A stretch of 64,000 nucleotides of DNA from Candidatus Poribacteria bacterium (GTDB lineage: Bacteria > Poribacteria > WGA-4E > WGA-3G). Positions 39,473 to 49,349 of the stretch are shown piece after piece. The stretch spans positions 448,001-512,000 of the forward strand of contig OZ243938.1 in NCBI GenBank assembly GCA_965214095.1, in the 5' to 3' direction. The notes under the pieces were generated by a model, which had not been told where the DNA came from, searched no databases, and was given only the letters and a program-made list of their open reading frames with translations. Made by a program: the position numbers and the translations under genes. The stretch's first letter is position 1. Each line of letters begins with the position of its first letter.

Positions 39473-39864
39473 ATGTTGAAACCGATTATTATTGATCAAT
39501 CAGAACTGGAATGGGAAGTTGGGAAGACCCAAATATTACAGCAAAAAGTCCCGTGCGTTGGAAACTACTAATCTCAAGTGATCGCTGTCAAAGTAGCGGA
39601 ATCGTCACTGGCATCGCAGAAGTGCCACCTGATGCTTCACTATTACTTCATAACCATGAACCTGAAGAAACATATTATGTTATTAGTGGTAGGGGATATA
39701 TGAAGATTGACGATTGCGAAGGGGAAATTGTACCAGGAACAACAGTCTTCATTCCACCTAATTCAAAGCATACTGTCAGTTGCACAGGAACCGAACCGTT
39801 GGTTTTCATATTCACGTTTGCTCGTGATTCTTTTGAAGAAATTGAATACATATTTGACGAGTAA
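39473..39864 (+). CDS. Cupin protein (DddW-like), apparently frameshifted near its 5' end
   Basis: HNHEPEETYYV and FIP.NSKH cupin motifs. The RBS-preceded ATG at 39473 gives MLKPIIIDQSELEWE in a different frame from the body at 39511-39864. Confidence 0.65.
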
Positions 39865-39911
39865 ACAATACATCACATTCAACCTGATTTTTCACTACTT
39901 AGGTAAATAAA

Positions 39912-40901
39912 ATGTCATCCAACAAGAATTTAGAACGAAAAGCTATCGTCAACAACGACCAAGCAAGTCTCTACGATATAAACGATGGTATTGCTTATTT
40001 TGAACTACATAGCAAACTAAACATTATTGAGGATACTACAATAGAGATTCTTAATACTGCGTTGCATGAGGTAGAAACCAATTTCTCAGGTATGATAATA
40101 GGCACTCAAGCTGACCATTTCTCTGTTGGCCTCAACATAATACAATTGTTGGAACGTGCCAGAAGCAACAACTGGGATGCAATATCAAACACAGTGAAAA
40201 ATCTACAAAATGTATGTACTCGACTAAGTATGTCAACAAAACCTGTCGTAGCAGCAACAAACGGTATGGCGTTAGGCGGTGGTTGTGAACTTGCATTTGG
40301 AGCAGATACAGTTTGTGCATTAAACAACAGTCAGTTTGGACTTGTTGAGTTGCGCGTTGGACTTATTCCATGTGGTGGTGGAACAACGGAGATGGTATTA
40401 CGCAGTTTGGATGGACAACAGACATCTGCATCAATTCAGGAGTTAATACAACCTGTCATTTCTACCTATGAAACAATTCGGCAATCCAAGGTGTCTAAAG
40501 ACGCTGATGACGCATTAGAATATGGGTATCTGCGTAGGTCTGACCAAATTTCTACACATAGAGACAATCATCTGAATGATGCTAAACAATTGGCACTTTC
40601 ACTGTGGAATGATGGATATTCGCCATCACAACCACAGCAGGTGTATGTATTAGGTGAAAAAGGATATAATCAAATAATGCAACACCTTCAACAATTACAT
40701 CAAATAAATACCATAAACGAATATGAACAGTATCTTGCTGAGAAATTAGCTTATGTGTTTTGTGGTGGAATGCTACCTAAACCACAATATGTAACGAGAC
40801 AGTATCTACATGACCTTGAGCACGAGATCGCTCTTAGTCTCTGTGGCGAACAAAAAACACATGCTATGATTGAATCTACCCTTAAAAAGGGAAAGAAATA
40901 A
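39912..40901 (+). CDS. Enoyl-CoA hydratase/isomerase family (C-terminal FadN-like domain)
   Basis: FSVGLN, ALGGGCE and GLVE.RVGLIP.GGG motifs. Confidence 0.85.
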   Translation: MSSNKNLERKAIVNNDQASLYDINDGIAYFELHSKLNIIEDTTIEILNTALHEVETNFSGMIIGTQADHFSVGLNIIQLLERARSNNWDAISNTVKNLQNVCTRLSMSTKPVVAATNGMALGGGCELAFGADTVCALNNSQFGLVELRVGLIPCGGGTTEMVLRSLDGQQTSASIQELIQPVISTYETIRQSKVSKDADDALEYGYLRRSDQISTHRDNHLNDAKQLALSLWNDGYSPSQPQQVYVLGEKGYNQIMQHLQQLHQINTINEYEQYLAEKLAYVFCGGMLPKPQYVTRQYLHDLEHEIALSLCGEQKTHAMIESTLKKGKK

Positions 40902-40958
40902 AAGTACCAGTACCGTTTATGTAGACTATTAAGCTTCTATTCATATAAGAGGAAAAAT

Positions 40959-42020
40959 ATGCAAACACACCTTTATCTCTCCATGGCAGGAGAAAACAGA
41001 ATCGCAATTTATACTTTTGATGTCAACAATGGATCAATTGAATTCCAAGAGAATGTTGACGTTAGCGGTTCACCTGGACCATTGACACGTTCACCATGTG
41101 GAAACTATCTGTACGCTGGACTCCGTTCCAGTCGAGAAATCGCAACCTTCAAAATTGATGATGAAACGAAACAACTGACGCTATTACGGACTATCAAACT
41201 TGATGCTGACACATGCTACATAGCAACCGACAACACGGGAAAATATCTACTCTCTGCATACTATGGTGCAGGAAAAGTTACCGTTCATACAATAGGTGAG
41301 GATAAAACCGTGCAAGAAGGAGCGATCCAAACTATCGAAACTGCTCCGCATGCACACTATATTGAAACTGATGTTTCAAATAGATTTGCCTTTGTGCCAC
41401 ACACCGTACCACGGAACGCAATCTATCAGTTTCATTTTGATGAATCAAACGGCAAATTAACACAGAATTTCTTTGGGAATCATAATCCTGATGATCCTGT
41501 TGGTCCTCGCCACTACTGTGAACATCCTACAAAACCGATCTTTTACTTCTCAAATGAAAACGGATCAAGTGTATCCGCCTACAACCTTCAGAAAGGTGAC
41601 CTAGATGTCACTATACCAAAGGCTGGTACACCCGACTATACAGTGAATGATGCCCCTGGCTTGTTATGGGAATTTCAATCACTCTCCACACTTCCTGACG
41701 ATTTTACTGAAAACAATACTTGTGCTCAGATCCATATTGATCCACATGCAAAGTTTCTTTATGTCTCAAATCGAGGGCATGACAGTATTGCGATTTTCTC
41801 TATCAATGACGAGAATGGGAAATTAACTACAGTAGGACATCAACCTACCGAACCCACTCCACGTGTATTCAACATTGATGAAACGGGTAATTATCTATTT
41901 GCTGGTGGACAAGGCTCCGGTAAATTGGCAACTTACCGGATCAATAGGGATACGGGAATGCTCTCTGAAATTGATACAATTGAGGTGGGTAAGAATCCAA
42001 TGTGGGTACTATTTCTGTAG
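40959..42020 (+). CDS. Lactonase (6-phosphogluconolactonase-like beta-propeller)
   Basis: HAH, GPRH, LYVSNRGHDSIA and PR.FNID motifs. Confidence 0.9.
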   Translation: MQTHLYLSMAGENRIAIYTFDVNNGSIEFQENVDVSGSPGPLTRSPCGNYLYAGLRSSREIATFKIDDETKQLTLLRTIKLDADTCYIATDNTGKYLLSAYYGAGKVTVHTIGEDKTVQEGAIQTIETAPHAHYIETDVSNRFAFVPHTVPRNAIYQFHFDESNGKLTQNFFGNHNPDDPVGPRHYCEHPTKPIFYFSNENGSSVSAYNLQKGDLDVTIPKAGTPDYTVNDAPGLLWEFQSLSTLPDDFTENNTCAQIHIDPHAKFLYVSNRGHDSIAIFSINDENGKLTTVGHQPTEPTPRVFNIDETGNYLFAGGQGSGKLATYRINRDTGMLSEIDTIEVGKNPMWVLFL

Positions 42021-42047
42021 GTAACACTGACTACATAATATACAAGA

Positions 42048-42080
42048 AAATGGGTATGACTTTCAATGTCATACCCATTT
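42048..42080. terminator. Bidirectional intrinsic terminator
   Basis: Perfect 13-bp stem AAATGGGTATGAC/GTCATACCCATTT between convergent genes. Confidence 0.8.
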
Positions 42081-42086
42081 CAAAAC

Positions 42087-42317
42087 TTATATTTTGTCGA
42101 TTGCAGTGGTGATTTGGTCTTCGGATGGGAATTTGCGTTGCTCAAGCTTGGAGAAGAGCAATTCCTCGTTTACATATACTTCAAAAGCACCGCCACTGCT
42201 TTCCACAAGTTTAACTTTCTTCACCTGACCACTATATTTCTTTTCAAGGACTTCTGCCAAACTGGCTGCCCGTGGTTGATAGTTTCAGGAAGTGCAATAC
42301 TCTATTCTAATGTCCAT
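42087..42317 (-). CDS. SelT/SelW/SelH (Rdx) family selenoprotein, CxxU, 76 aa
   Basis: GGAGG RBS and ATG at 42317. Translation MDIRIEYCTS-U-NYQPRAASLAEVLEKKYSGQVKKVKLVESSGGAFEVYVNEELLFSKLEQRKFPSEDQITTAIDKI*, with TGA at 42285-42287. Confidence 0.93.
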
Positions 42318-42356
42318 TTGATATATTTCCTCCTTATATACTGTGAATACATCATA

Positions 42357-42385
42357 ATTTTACCAGATTTTATTGGAATTTTCAA
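42357..42385 (-). promoter_or_regulatory. Sigma70 promoter for the Rdx selenoprotein
   Basis: TTGAAA-17 bp-TAAAAT. Confidence 0.55.
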
Positions 42386-42428
42386 GTCTTTTGATGTTGT
42401 AAAACACATACAAATAATGATGACATTA

Positions 42429-43851
42429 TTGACATACTCACCGAGCTAAAGCTCCGGTGATTCTTTTGAAGAATCACACAAGCGATTGTGGTATCAACAA
42501 GGGGTGCTTGCCAAAGCAAGTCTGATCCCCTCTACTCCAAAGGTAGATGCCCCTACCTTATGAATATTAATAGCAGCGTTTATATCGCGGTCATGTTGGA
42601 TTTGACATTTATGACAATACCAATTGCGAATACTCAGATCAAAGAACATTTGGATTTGCCCGCAGGCATGACAGACTTTGCTTGTAGGTGTCCATCTGTT
42701 AATTGTTTCAACGCGTTTGCATCTTTTCTGTGCTTGCCACTTGATTTTCTGCATGAAGTCGCCAAAGGCATAGTCAGAAACTTTACGTCCCCAAAGACGT
42801 TTCATGCCTTCAAGATTCAGGTCTTCAAAGAAACAGACATCAAACTTTCGGACAAGTTCAAGAGCGAGTTTCCAGTGATGGTCTTCGCGTTGCCGATTGA
42901 TTTTTCTATGCACGCGTGCCAAGTGTTTCCTTGCACGTTGGCGATTATTACTGCCTTTTTGCTTCCGAGACAACGCACGACTCGCACGTTTTATCAGTTT
43001 AGAAGCAGACTTATAGAATTCAGGAGATTGATATTTCGTGCCATCGGAACAAGTGAGAAAATCCTTGAGTCCAAAGTCAAACCCTGCTGTCTTACCAGTC
43101 TTAGGTGCAGGCTCAAGTCCTTCAGCATCTGTTGTGATAGTGATATGCCAATCGCCTACTGCGTCTTTCTTAACGGTAACCTGTTTGATATTACCTTCAA
43201 TAGGTCGACTATACCAGAAGCGATACCATCTTCTATTGATACGGATTTTCGCAACGGGGCAGCCATATATTTTGTCAATGGGTTCTATTTTAACTTGACT
43301 TCCATCAAAGGTCATAGATTTGTATTTATACCGACTTCTAAATTTGGGCGGACGCTTAGCTCTACTTTCAAAGAAGTTTTTCCAACCTCTGTCAACGCGT
43401 TGGATACATTCTTGCAAACACCAAGAATATGGGATCGTCCAGTGTTGATATTTAGCAAGTCGTTTCAGTTTTGTCAAATGCTTAATCATCCGAAATGCAC
43501 TCGGTCGCTTGTAACCTTCGCATTGTCCATATATCCTGTAGTGCCGTTGCCACAACGCAACAAAATGGTTGTGGACATGGGCAATGATATGCAGGTCTTT
43601 TTGCAAATGACGATTTCTTTTATGTTTTTGTCCCTTGTATTTGTAGGTTCGCATTACATATCCTTTGCATTACAAGACCACTTTCAAATGGTGCGGTGGC
43701 ACTCTCAAGCGAGAGGTCATATCCACAACTGTAATGCTGAATATAGTATACTACAAATACACGAAAATGTTAAGTCTTATTGATTCATAAATGTGTTAGC
43801 GGTGTCTACATCCCCGTGCTAAAGCATCGGGGTCTTGACACCGAAGATATG
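42429..43851 (-). mobile_element. IS200/IS605-family tnpB-only element
   Basis: Left-end hairpin CCCCG(A)TGC-TTTA-GCACGGGG; right-end hairpin TCACCG(G)AGC-TTTA-GCTCGGTGA ending in TCAA at 42429. The left boundary is approximate (preceded by TTAT). Confidence 0.8.
42494..43654 (-). CDS. tnpB: RNA-guided endonuclease TnpB
   Basis: GFDFGL, FEDLNL, CHAC/CHKC and DRDINAAIN motifs; catalytic residues intact. Confidence 0.93.
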   Translation of the reverse strand: MRTYKYKGQKHKRNRHLQKDLHIIAHVHNHFVALWQRHYRIYGQCEGYKRPSAFRMIKHLTKLKRLAKYQHWTIPYSWCLQECIQRVDRGWKNFFESRAKRPPKFRSRYKYKSMTFDGSQVKIEPIDKIYGCPVAKIRINRRWYRFWYSRPIEGNIKQVTVKKDAVGDWHITITTDAEGLEPAPKTGKTAGFDFGLKDFLTCSDGTKYQSPEFYKSASKLIKRASRALSRKQKGSNNRQRARKHLARVHRKINRQREDHHWKLALELVRKFDVCFFEDLNLEGMKRLWGRKVSDYAFGDFMQKIKWQAQKRCKRVETINRWTPTSKVCHACGQIQMFFDLSIRNWYCHKCQIQHDRDINAAINIHKVGASTFGVEGIRLALASTPC

Positions 43852-43930
43852 ATAATTGTTTGTGTTATGCTTAATTTTACTCAATTATTGTTAGGAAATT
43901 AAAACCTAATTCGCTATGGAGGAAGTAACA

Positions 43931-44716
43931 ATGAAATTCGTGGGTTGTTTTTTCACATATATCCTTACTGTATTTCTAATAACTGGATTAACTTTACCAG
44001 CATTGAGTCAGGGAGAAAAGCAAGATGATCTGATTGGTCACTGGACATTCGAAAAAGGTGTTGAATTAGAAGACCTTACGGGTCATTTTGGTGATATTGA
44101 ATTGAGGGGTGCCAAAGTTAATGATGGGAAATTGCACTTAGGTGACAATGAATGGGGATTGACAACTGGATATAAAGGACCACAGATTGGGCCTGATAAA
44201 ACCTTAGTCACGTGGCTCTATTTAGATGATCTCAATGTCACAAGGGGCGCGACAATCGCAGTAAATAAGAGCAGTGCCGACACATTTGATGCTATTGTAT
44301 ATGCTGAAAAGCATGCAAATCACTGGATGGCAGGTAGCAGTTTCTTTAGGCGTACACATAACGATCCACACGGAACACCTGAAAAAGAGACCGGTAAACT
44401 CATTCAATTGGCAATTTCATACGAAGATGATAACAGTAATGCTAAGATAATGATATACCGCAATGGAGAGATAATTGGTGATTATACACAGGGACCAATT
44501 AAATCTTGGACAGAGGGGGATGTAGAAGCACTTTTCGGTCCACGTGCTCTCATTGCTGGAACAGCTCACGGTTGGGTGGTAGCACGCGTTGAAGATGCAC
44601 GAATCTACAATGCAGTTCTCAGTGAAAATGATATTAATAATTTGGAAGCAGATACGCTTGATGTTGAACCGCGTGGCAAACTGGCAACGATCTGGGGAGA
44701 TATTAAGAAATATTAA
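43931..44716 (+). CDS. Secreted LamG-like jellyroll protein
   Basis: Signal peptide, LIGHWTF, DARIYN.VLS and a C-terminal VEPRGKLATIWGDIK tail. Confidence 0.8.
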   Translation: MKFVGCFFTYILTVFLITGLTLPALSQGEKQDDLIGHWTFEKGVELEDLTGHFGDIELRGAKVNDGKLHLGDNEWGLTTGYKGPQIGPDKTLVTWLYLDDLNVTRGATIAVNKSSADTFDAIVYAEKHANHWMAGSSFFRRTHNDPHGTPEKETGKLIQLAISYEDDNSNAKIMIYRNGEIIGDYTQGPIKSWTEGDVEALFGPRALIAGTAHGWVVARVEDARIYNAVLSENDINNLEADTLDVEPRGKLATIWGDIKKY

Positions 44717-46800
44717 GGGTCTAACTTCTGTTTGATATATTCCCAATCCCACAGAAGGACAGTACCATCTCTGCTTGCAGTGGCTAAAGTCTTACCATCT
44801 GGAAAGAATGCTAAATCGTTGACCCAATCGGTATGTCCTTTGAGTATGTTTGAGACGTTGAATGTCCGTGTTTCATGCAATTGTATTGTCCCGTTAGATC
44901 CGCCAAAAACAATGCTTCTCTCATCAGGAGAAAACTGTAGACTCCCACAAACTTCATTCGTATGACCTGAAGATATTCGCTCACCTGATAACACATGCCA
45001 GATATAAATTTCATCATCAATCATACTTGCCAATAATTTTCCACTTGGTGAGAATACTAACCTACGTCTTGTAAACCTACGTATTGCATTTTTCTGTCCA
45101 GTTAGTGTATGCCGTTTAGTCCCCGTCTCTACGTCCCACAAGTGAATTATCTCATCTTTGCCACCAGTTGCTAATAGGTCCCCCTTCGGTGATAGTGCCA
45201 ATGTACTAAGAGAACCTGTGGATTCATTAAGAGTGTAGACTGGTGCTATCGTCTTGGCATTAGTCGATAACCTTTTCAATAAAGGTTTTGTCTGCTTCGG
45301 AATGTTCCATATATGAAACTTAACGATTTGTTCATTCTGAGTTGCAGTTGCCAATCTATTCCCATCATTAGAGAAAACGAAATTTGGTATCATATATAAG
45401 GGCACTTCAATCCCAGTTAAAGTAAATCTCTTACTTTTTTCGGAGGCATCCCACAGTTCATAAGTATTTTCAGGACTCCAATCCTTTATTACAATATACT
45501 TTGCATCTGATGAAATTGCCTGAGGGCTTTTCAAGTTGAGGAATGTCCCTGTCAGGTGATGACCGACATTGATGTCCCAATTCTGTATTTGATAATTGAA
45601 AGAATGCACAGTTATTAAAGCATTATTCTCATCCGAAACGGCTAAATTATCGACTTCTGATGCATGTCCTGAACACGTAAGTTGCTGTTGACCAGTGTTA
45701 GCATCCCAAACCCGAATTGTTCCATCTTTGCTGCCTGTAAGAAATCTTTTTCCATCAGGTGAATATGTTATGTTTGAGATAGTGTGTTTATGTCGAGTCA
45801 GTCTTTTCTTGGGTAAGAAACGACCTACTTTTCCAAGCCAACCTTGTTGTTTTGCTGTTGCATCCCATAGATATATACTCCCATCGTGCCCACCACTAAC
45901 AAGGGTTTTGCCATTCGGTGAAAATGCAAGCGCGGAAAAACTTACAGGTGCTTTGAATGATATCCGTGATTCCTGTGTATTCATATCCCATAACTTGATA
46001 GTATGGAAATCATCACCACTTGCCAGTGTCTTACTATCTGGCGAAAAAACTAAGGATTCAATAGACCGTTCATGTCCCGTTAGTGTAAACAGAAGCTTAG
46101 AAGTTGTCGTGTCCCATAAATGAATTGGAGATCTTCTCATTGGGTTGTTTGTTGACACTGCTAATGCAAGAAAACGTCCATCAGGTGAAAGACTAATTAC
46201 TGGATTATGTGCATCCTTAAAATCGAAATTTATATTCTTTATTTCGATCGGTTCTGGTTCTGAACGTTCATTAAAATACCAATGGACTATCTTATTCTGC
46301 GGCCTGTCTAAACCGATCATTTCAGGACGATTCTCAGAGAAGAAACACGCTGAATGCTTGATTTTTTCATTAAAGAAAATGGTTCGGAGTTTACCAGTAT
46401 CTACATCCCATTCTATTATTCTTCCTTTTGAATTTGATCCAATAAGCGTCCGTCCATCCAATGAAAACATTACTCCTATAACATTCTGTCTTTCTCCTTT
46501 TAATAGTGAAATTTCTGTTCCCGTCTTTGCATCATACGTCCAAAGGCCGATCGTGGTTGCCACTGCAAACGAATTACCGTCGGGTGAGAATTTGATGTCA
46601 TTTATACTGCCTTTACCTAAACGTGCTTTGGCACCTTCAGGTAACTGCCATTGGGAATAGTTTACATTTGATGTAGGGAATGTCAATTCTATTGTATCAC
46701 GATTCATCAACCTTCTGACGAATAATGTCAAGGCAAGAACTGCAAGGATAGATATAAGGATCACTATGAGTATAGCAAAAGAGCGACGAGATAGTTTCAT
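44713..46800 (-). CDS. WD40-repeat protein with an N-terminal TM anchor
   Basis: LPEGAKARLGKG and multiple GH...FSPDG..LASG...LWD repeats. Confidence 0.92.
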   Translation of the reverse strand: MKLSRRSFAILIVILISILAVLALTLFVRRLMNRDTIELTFPTSNVNYSQWQLPEGAKARLGKGSINDIKFSPDGNSFAVATTIGLWTYDAKTGTEISLLKGERQNVIGVMFSLDGRTLIGSNSKGRIIEWDVDTGKLRTIFFNEKIKHSACFFSENRPEMIGLDRPQNKIVHWYFNERSEPEPIEIKNINFDFKDAHNPVISLSPDGRFLALAVSTNNPMRRSPIHLWDTTTSKLLFTLTGHERSIESLVFSPDSKTLASGDDFHTIKLWDMNTQESRISFKAPVSFSALAFSPNGKTLVSGGHDGSIYLWDATAKQQGWLGKVGRFLPKKRLTRHKHTISNITYSPDGKRFLTGSKDGTIRVWDANTGQQQLTCSGHASEVDNLAVSDENNALITVHSFNYQIQNWDINVGHHLTGTFLNLKSPQAISSDAKYIVIKDWSPENTYELWDASEKSKRFTLTGIEVPLYMIPNFVFSNDGNRLATATQNEQIVKFHIWNIPKQTKPLLKRLSTNAKTIAPVYTLNESTGSLSTLALSPKGDLLATGGKDEIIHLWDVETGTKRHTLTGQKNAIRRFTRRRLVFSPSGKLLASMIDDEIYIWHVLSGERISSGHTNEVCGSLQFSPDERSIVFGGSNGTIQLHETRTFNVSNILKGHTDWVNDLAFFPDGKTLATASRDGTVLLWDWEYIKQKLDP

Positions 46801-46807
46801 GTGCTTA

Positions 46808-47413
46808 TTACCTTATTGAGTTTTGTATATTCTCATAGATAGATTGTGCTTTTATATAATCCTCTGGTCTGTTGACATTGAAGAAGGATATCCCCTCAAA
46901 ATCATACGATTTCCACACTTCTGGATGCACACACAACACATTCGCATGTTCTTGCAATTTGTGGACACGTAATTCAGATTGCTGCAACATCCCTTCAATA
47001 ATCGGTATGCATCGTTTTGAATACACTGCACAGAGCGTTTGAAGCCGATCATGAGTATCTAATGGCATAGCTGCATCATAATTTTCTAACTCAGAGACAA
47101 GATAATTGAGTAGATTTGGTCTCAAGAATGGACTATCGCAGCCGACACATATTACAGTTTCATGAGATGCATGTGTCAACCCTGAATGAATACCTCCTAA
47201 TGTGCCTACATTTTGTATGATGTCGTTATGCATTTCCATATCCAGATGTGCATATTCATCAGGATTGTTTGTGATAAGCAGTAGTTCATCGGTGATTGAC
47301 TTCAAGCACGAAATTACATGACCGATGAGTGTGTCGTTTCCTAAGCGCAGAAATGCCTTATTTTCTCCCATCCGGCGACTTTTTCCGCCTGCTAAGATAA
47401 CGCCTGTTAACAT
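46808..47413 (-). CDS. mobA: Molybdenum cofactor guanylyltransferase
   Basis: ILAGGKSRRMG.NKA and FFNVN.PED motifs. Confidence 0.9.
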   Translation of the reverse strand: MLTGVILAGGKSRRMGENKAFLRLGNDTLIGHVISCLKSITDELLLITNNPDEYAHLDMEMHNDIIQNVGTLGGIHSGLTHASHETVICVGCDSPFLRPNLLNYLVSELENYDAAMPLDTHDRLQTLCAVYSKRCIPIIEGMLQQSELRVHKLQEHANVLCVHPEVWKSYDFEGISFFNVNRPEDYIKAQSIYENIQNSIR

Positions 47414-48810
47414 TTCATCGGATCTCTATTATTTTCTACAAGTCTCGGACCAAACCGACTTTCCATCGTTGACCGTAACTCTTGAACTAATTCCTTATTA
47501 GATTCAGCGATGTTATTCAATTCTTCTGGATCGTCTTCAAGATTGTATAATTCAATGAAACCGTCCCGACTTTCAATTAACTTGTGCGTATGCGTCCGAA
47601 TACAAGTGAAGTTGATCAGTTTGCTGACTGCTTCATTGCGGTGTGTATCGGTTTCTCTGTGAAGGACTGGGGCAATAGATTGTCCATCAATGTTTTCTAA
47701 CACTGGGACACCCGCCATTTCGCAAATAGTTGGATTTAAGTCATTCAGTTCAACCAATGTATTGGAGATGCGGTTTGGTCCTATTCCTGGACCTGCTACA
47801 ATGAGAGGAACCCGTAGCGATGCTTCATAGGCTAAACTCTTGGTATATAACCCGTGGTCTCCGAGCATTTCACCATGGTCACTTGAGTAGATGATGTAGG
47901 TATTTTCAAGCATGCCACGTTCTTCCAAGGCATTGAGCATGTTGCCGATTTGATCGTCTATCAGTTCAGTTGCAGCACAATATTGTTGACGTGTGATTTT
48001 AACTTCTTCAGGTGTGACATTGACGACACGTTTTTTTACCCAGTCCGGTTTTCCTTCCATATCGTCTTTAATGTGTGCTGGCATTTCAGCTTGGCGATAC
48101 TTGTCTCCGTATTCCGTTGGTGGATCAAACGGATCGTGCGGTCCGACGAAACTGACAAATAAATGCCACGGAAAATCATCAGGTATGGTTTGAATGAATT
48201 CAGTTGCGCGCCTACCGATATATGAATCTTCAAAATCCTCAGTCGGTAGCACAGAATCGTAAGAACCGTTTTTTATCCAACCCCCTGAAGAACTTCTATT
48301 TCGGTAATCTTGATGAAATTTTTCTAATAGTCCTTTTTCCTGTAGATAATGCGTATAGGGACCGATGGGAGTAGGTGATCTACCAGCATGCATCTTTCCT
48401 TCACATTCTTCTGGATGTGTGAATCCCCAACTATATGCGCGGGGACGGTCTCCATAACGACCGTTATATCCATCAGGTTTTGCCAAGTCAAGTTTTCCTA
48501 CACATCCAACACGATAGCCGTAATCGCGAAGTTGTTGGTAATAGGTTGGGACGGTGGCAGGTAAGAAACTACCATTGGCGAGTGAACCGAGACGCGAAGG
48601 CTGTATTCCTGATGCTAGTCCGATTCTGGATGGTGCACAGACGGGCGCGTTTACGGTGCAATTTGGAAAATTCACTCCCATTTCTGTTAATCTTCGCAGA
48701 TTCGGTGTGTTGAGTGCTTTCGGAGCATTTTCATCTGTTTCCACATAGTCATATCTATGTTGATCGGACATGATGAATAGGACGTTGGGGCTGTCTGTTT
48801 TTCTGTTCAT
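47407..48810 (-). CDS. Sulfatase (Cys-type, choline-sulfatase-like)
   Basis: PNVLFIMSDQHR, CAPSR, PHDP and SDHGEMLGDHG motifs. Confidence 0.92.
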   Translation of the reverse strand: MNRKTDSPNVLFIMSDQHRYDYVETDENAPKALNTPNLRRLTEMGVNFPNCTVNAPVCAPSRIGLASGIQPSRLGSLANGSFLPATVPTYYQQLRDYGYRVGCVGKLDLAKPDGYNGRYGDRPRAYSWGFTHPEECEGKMHAGRSPTPIGPYTHYLQEKGLLEKFHQDYRNRSSSGGWIKNGSYDSVLPTEDFEDSYIGRRATEFIQTIPDDFPWHLFVSFVGPHDPFDPPTEYGDKYRQAEMPAHIKDDMEGKPDWVKKRVVNVTPEEVKITRQQYCAATELIDDQIGNMLNALEERGMLENTYIIYSSDHGEMLGDHGLYTKSLAYEASLRVPLIVAGPGIGPNRISNTLVELNDLNPTICEMAGVPVLENIDGQSIAPVLHRETDTHRNEAVSKLINFTCIRTHTHKLIESRDGFIELYNLEDDPEELNNIAESNKELVQELRSTMESRFGPRLVENNRDPMKC

Positions 48811-48942
48811 ATTCCTCCGCTCTTTTCATTATATGGGTTATTAAGGGGTTAGAAAACCAATGTCGGTGTGTTATCTCTACCTGAAGATGATTGTATCATA
48901 GATATGTTGTTTAGTCAATATATTGTCAAAAATACATACAAA

Positions 48943-48971
48943 TTGAAAATCTTGTCTATCTGTGGTATAAT
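48943..48971 (+). promoter_or_regulatory. Extended -10 sigma70 promoter, probably giving a leaderless mRNA
   Basis: TTGAAA-17 bp-(TG.)TATAAT, with ATG 6 nt downstream and no RBS. Confidence 0.65.
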
Positions 48972-48977
48972 ACTCTT

Positions 48978-49346
48978 ATGAAAGACTATATACTCTTAAT
49001 ATTTAACGTTTTGCTGACAGTGTTTGGACAAATCTTACTCAAACAAGGAGTCAGTGAAGTTGGACGTATCAACAGTTTTCGTGAACTTTTTCCTAAACTA
49101 ACACAAGTGATTTTTAATCCATTTGTTTTAGGTGGGATTTCTGTATACGGATTTACTACCTTCGTTTGGCTTGTTATTCTTTCCCGTGTAAAACTTAGTA
49201 TCGCATATCCAATGTTGAGTTTAGGTTATGTCCTTGCGATCCCACTCTCATGGTTATTCTTTAAAGAATCTATTCCAAGAGTTCGTATTATCGGAGCGAT
49301 TATAATATGTATCGGTGTATACCTTGTTGCACAAGGGGAAGCATAA
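48978..49346 (+). CDS. Small DMT/EamA (ArnE/F-like) membrane transporter
   Basis: Four TM helices; GQILLK and LS.AYP motifs. Confidence 0.85.
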   Translation: MKDYILLIFNVLLTVFGQILLKQGVSEVGRINSFRELFPKLTQVIFNPFVLGGISVYGFTTFVWLVILSRVKLSIAYPMLSLGYVLAIPLSWLFFKESIPRVRIIGAIIICIGVYLVAQGEA

Positions 49347-49349
49347 AAC

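Noticed and set aside
42066-42449. 127-aa + strand ORF
   Set aside because: Antisense to the Rdx selenoprotein and starts inside a terminator.
42488-43783. 431-aa + strand ORF
   Set aside because: Antisense shadow of tnpB with no recognisable motifs.
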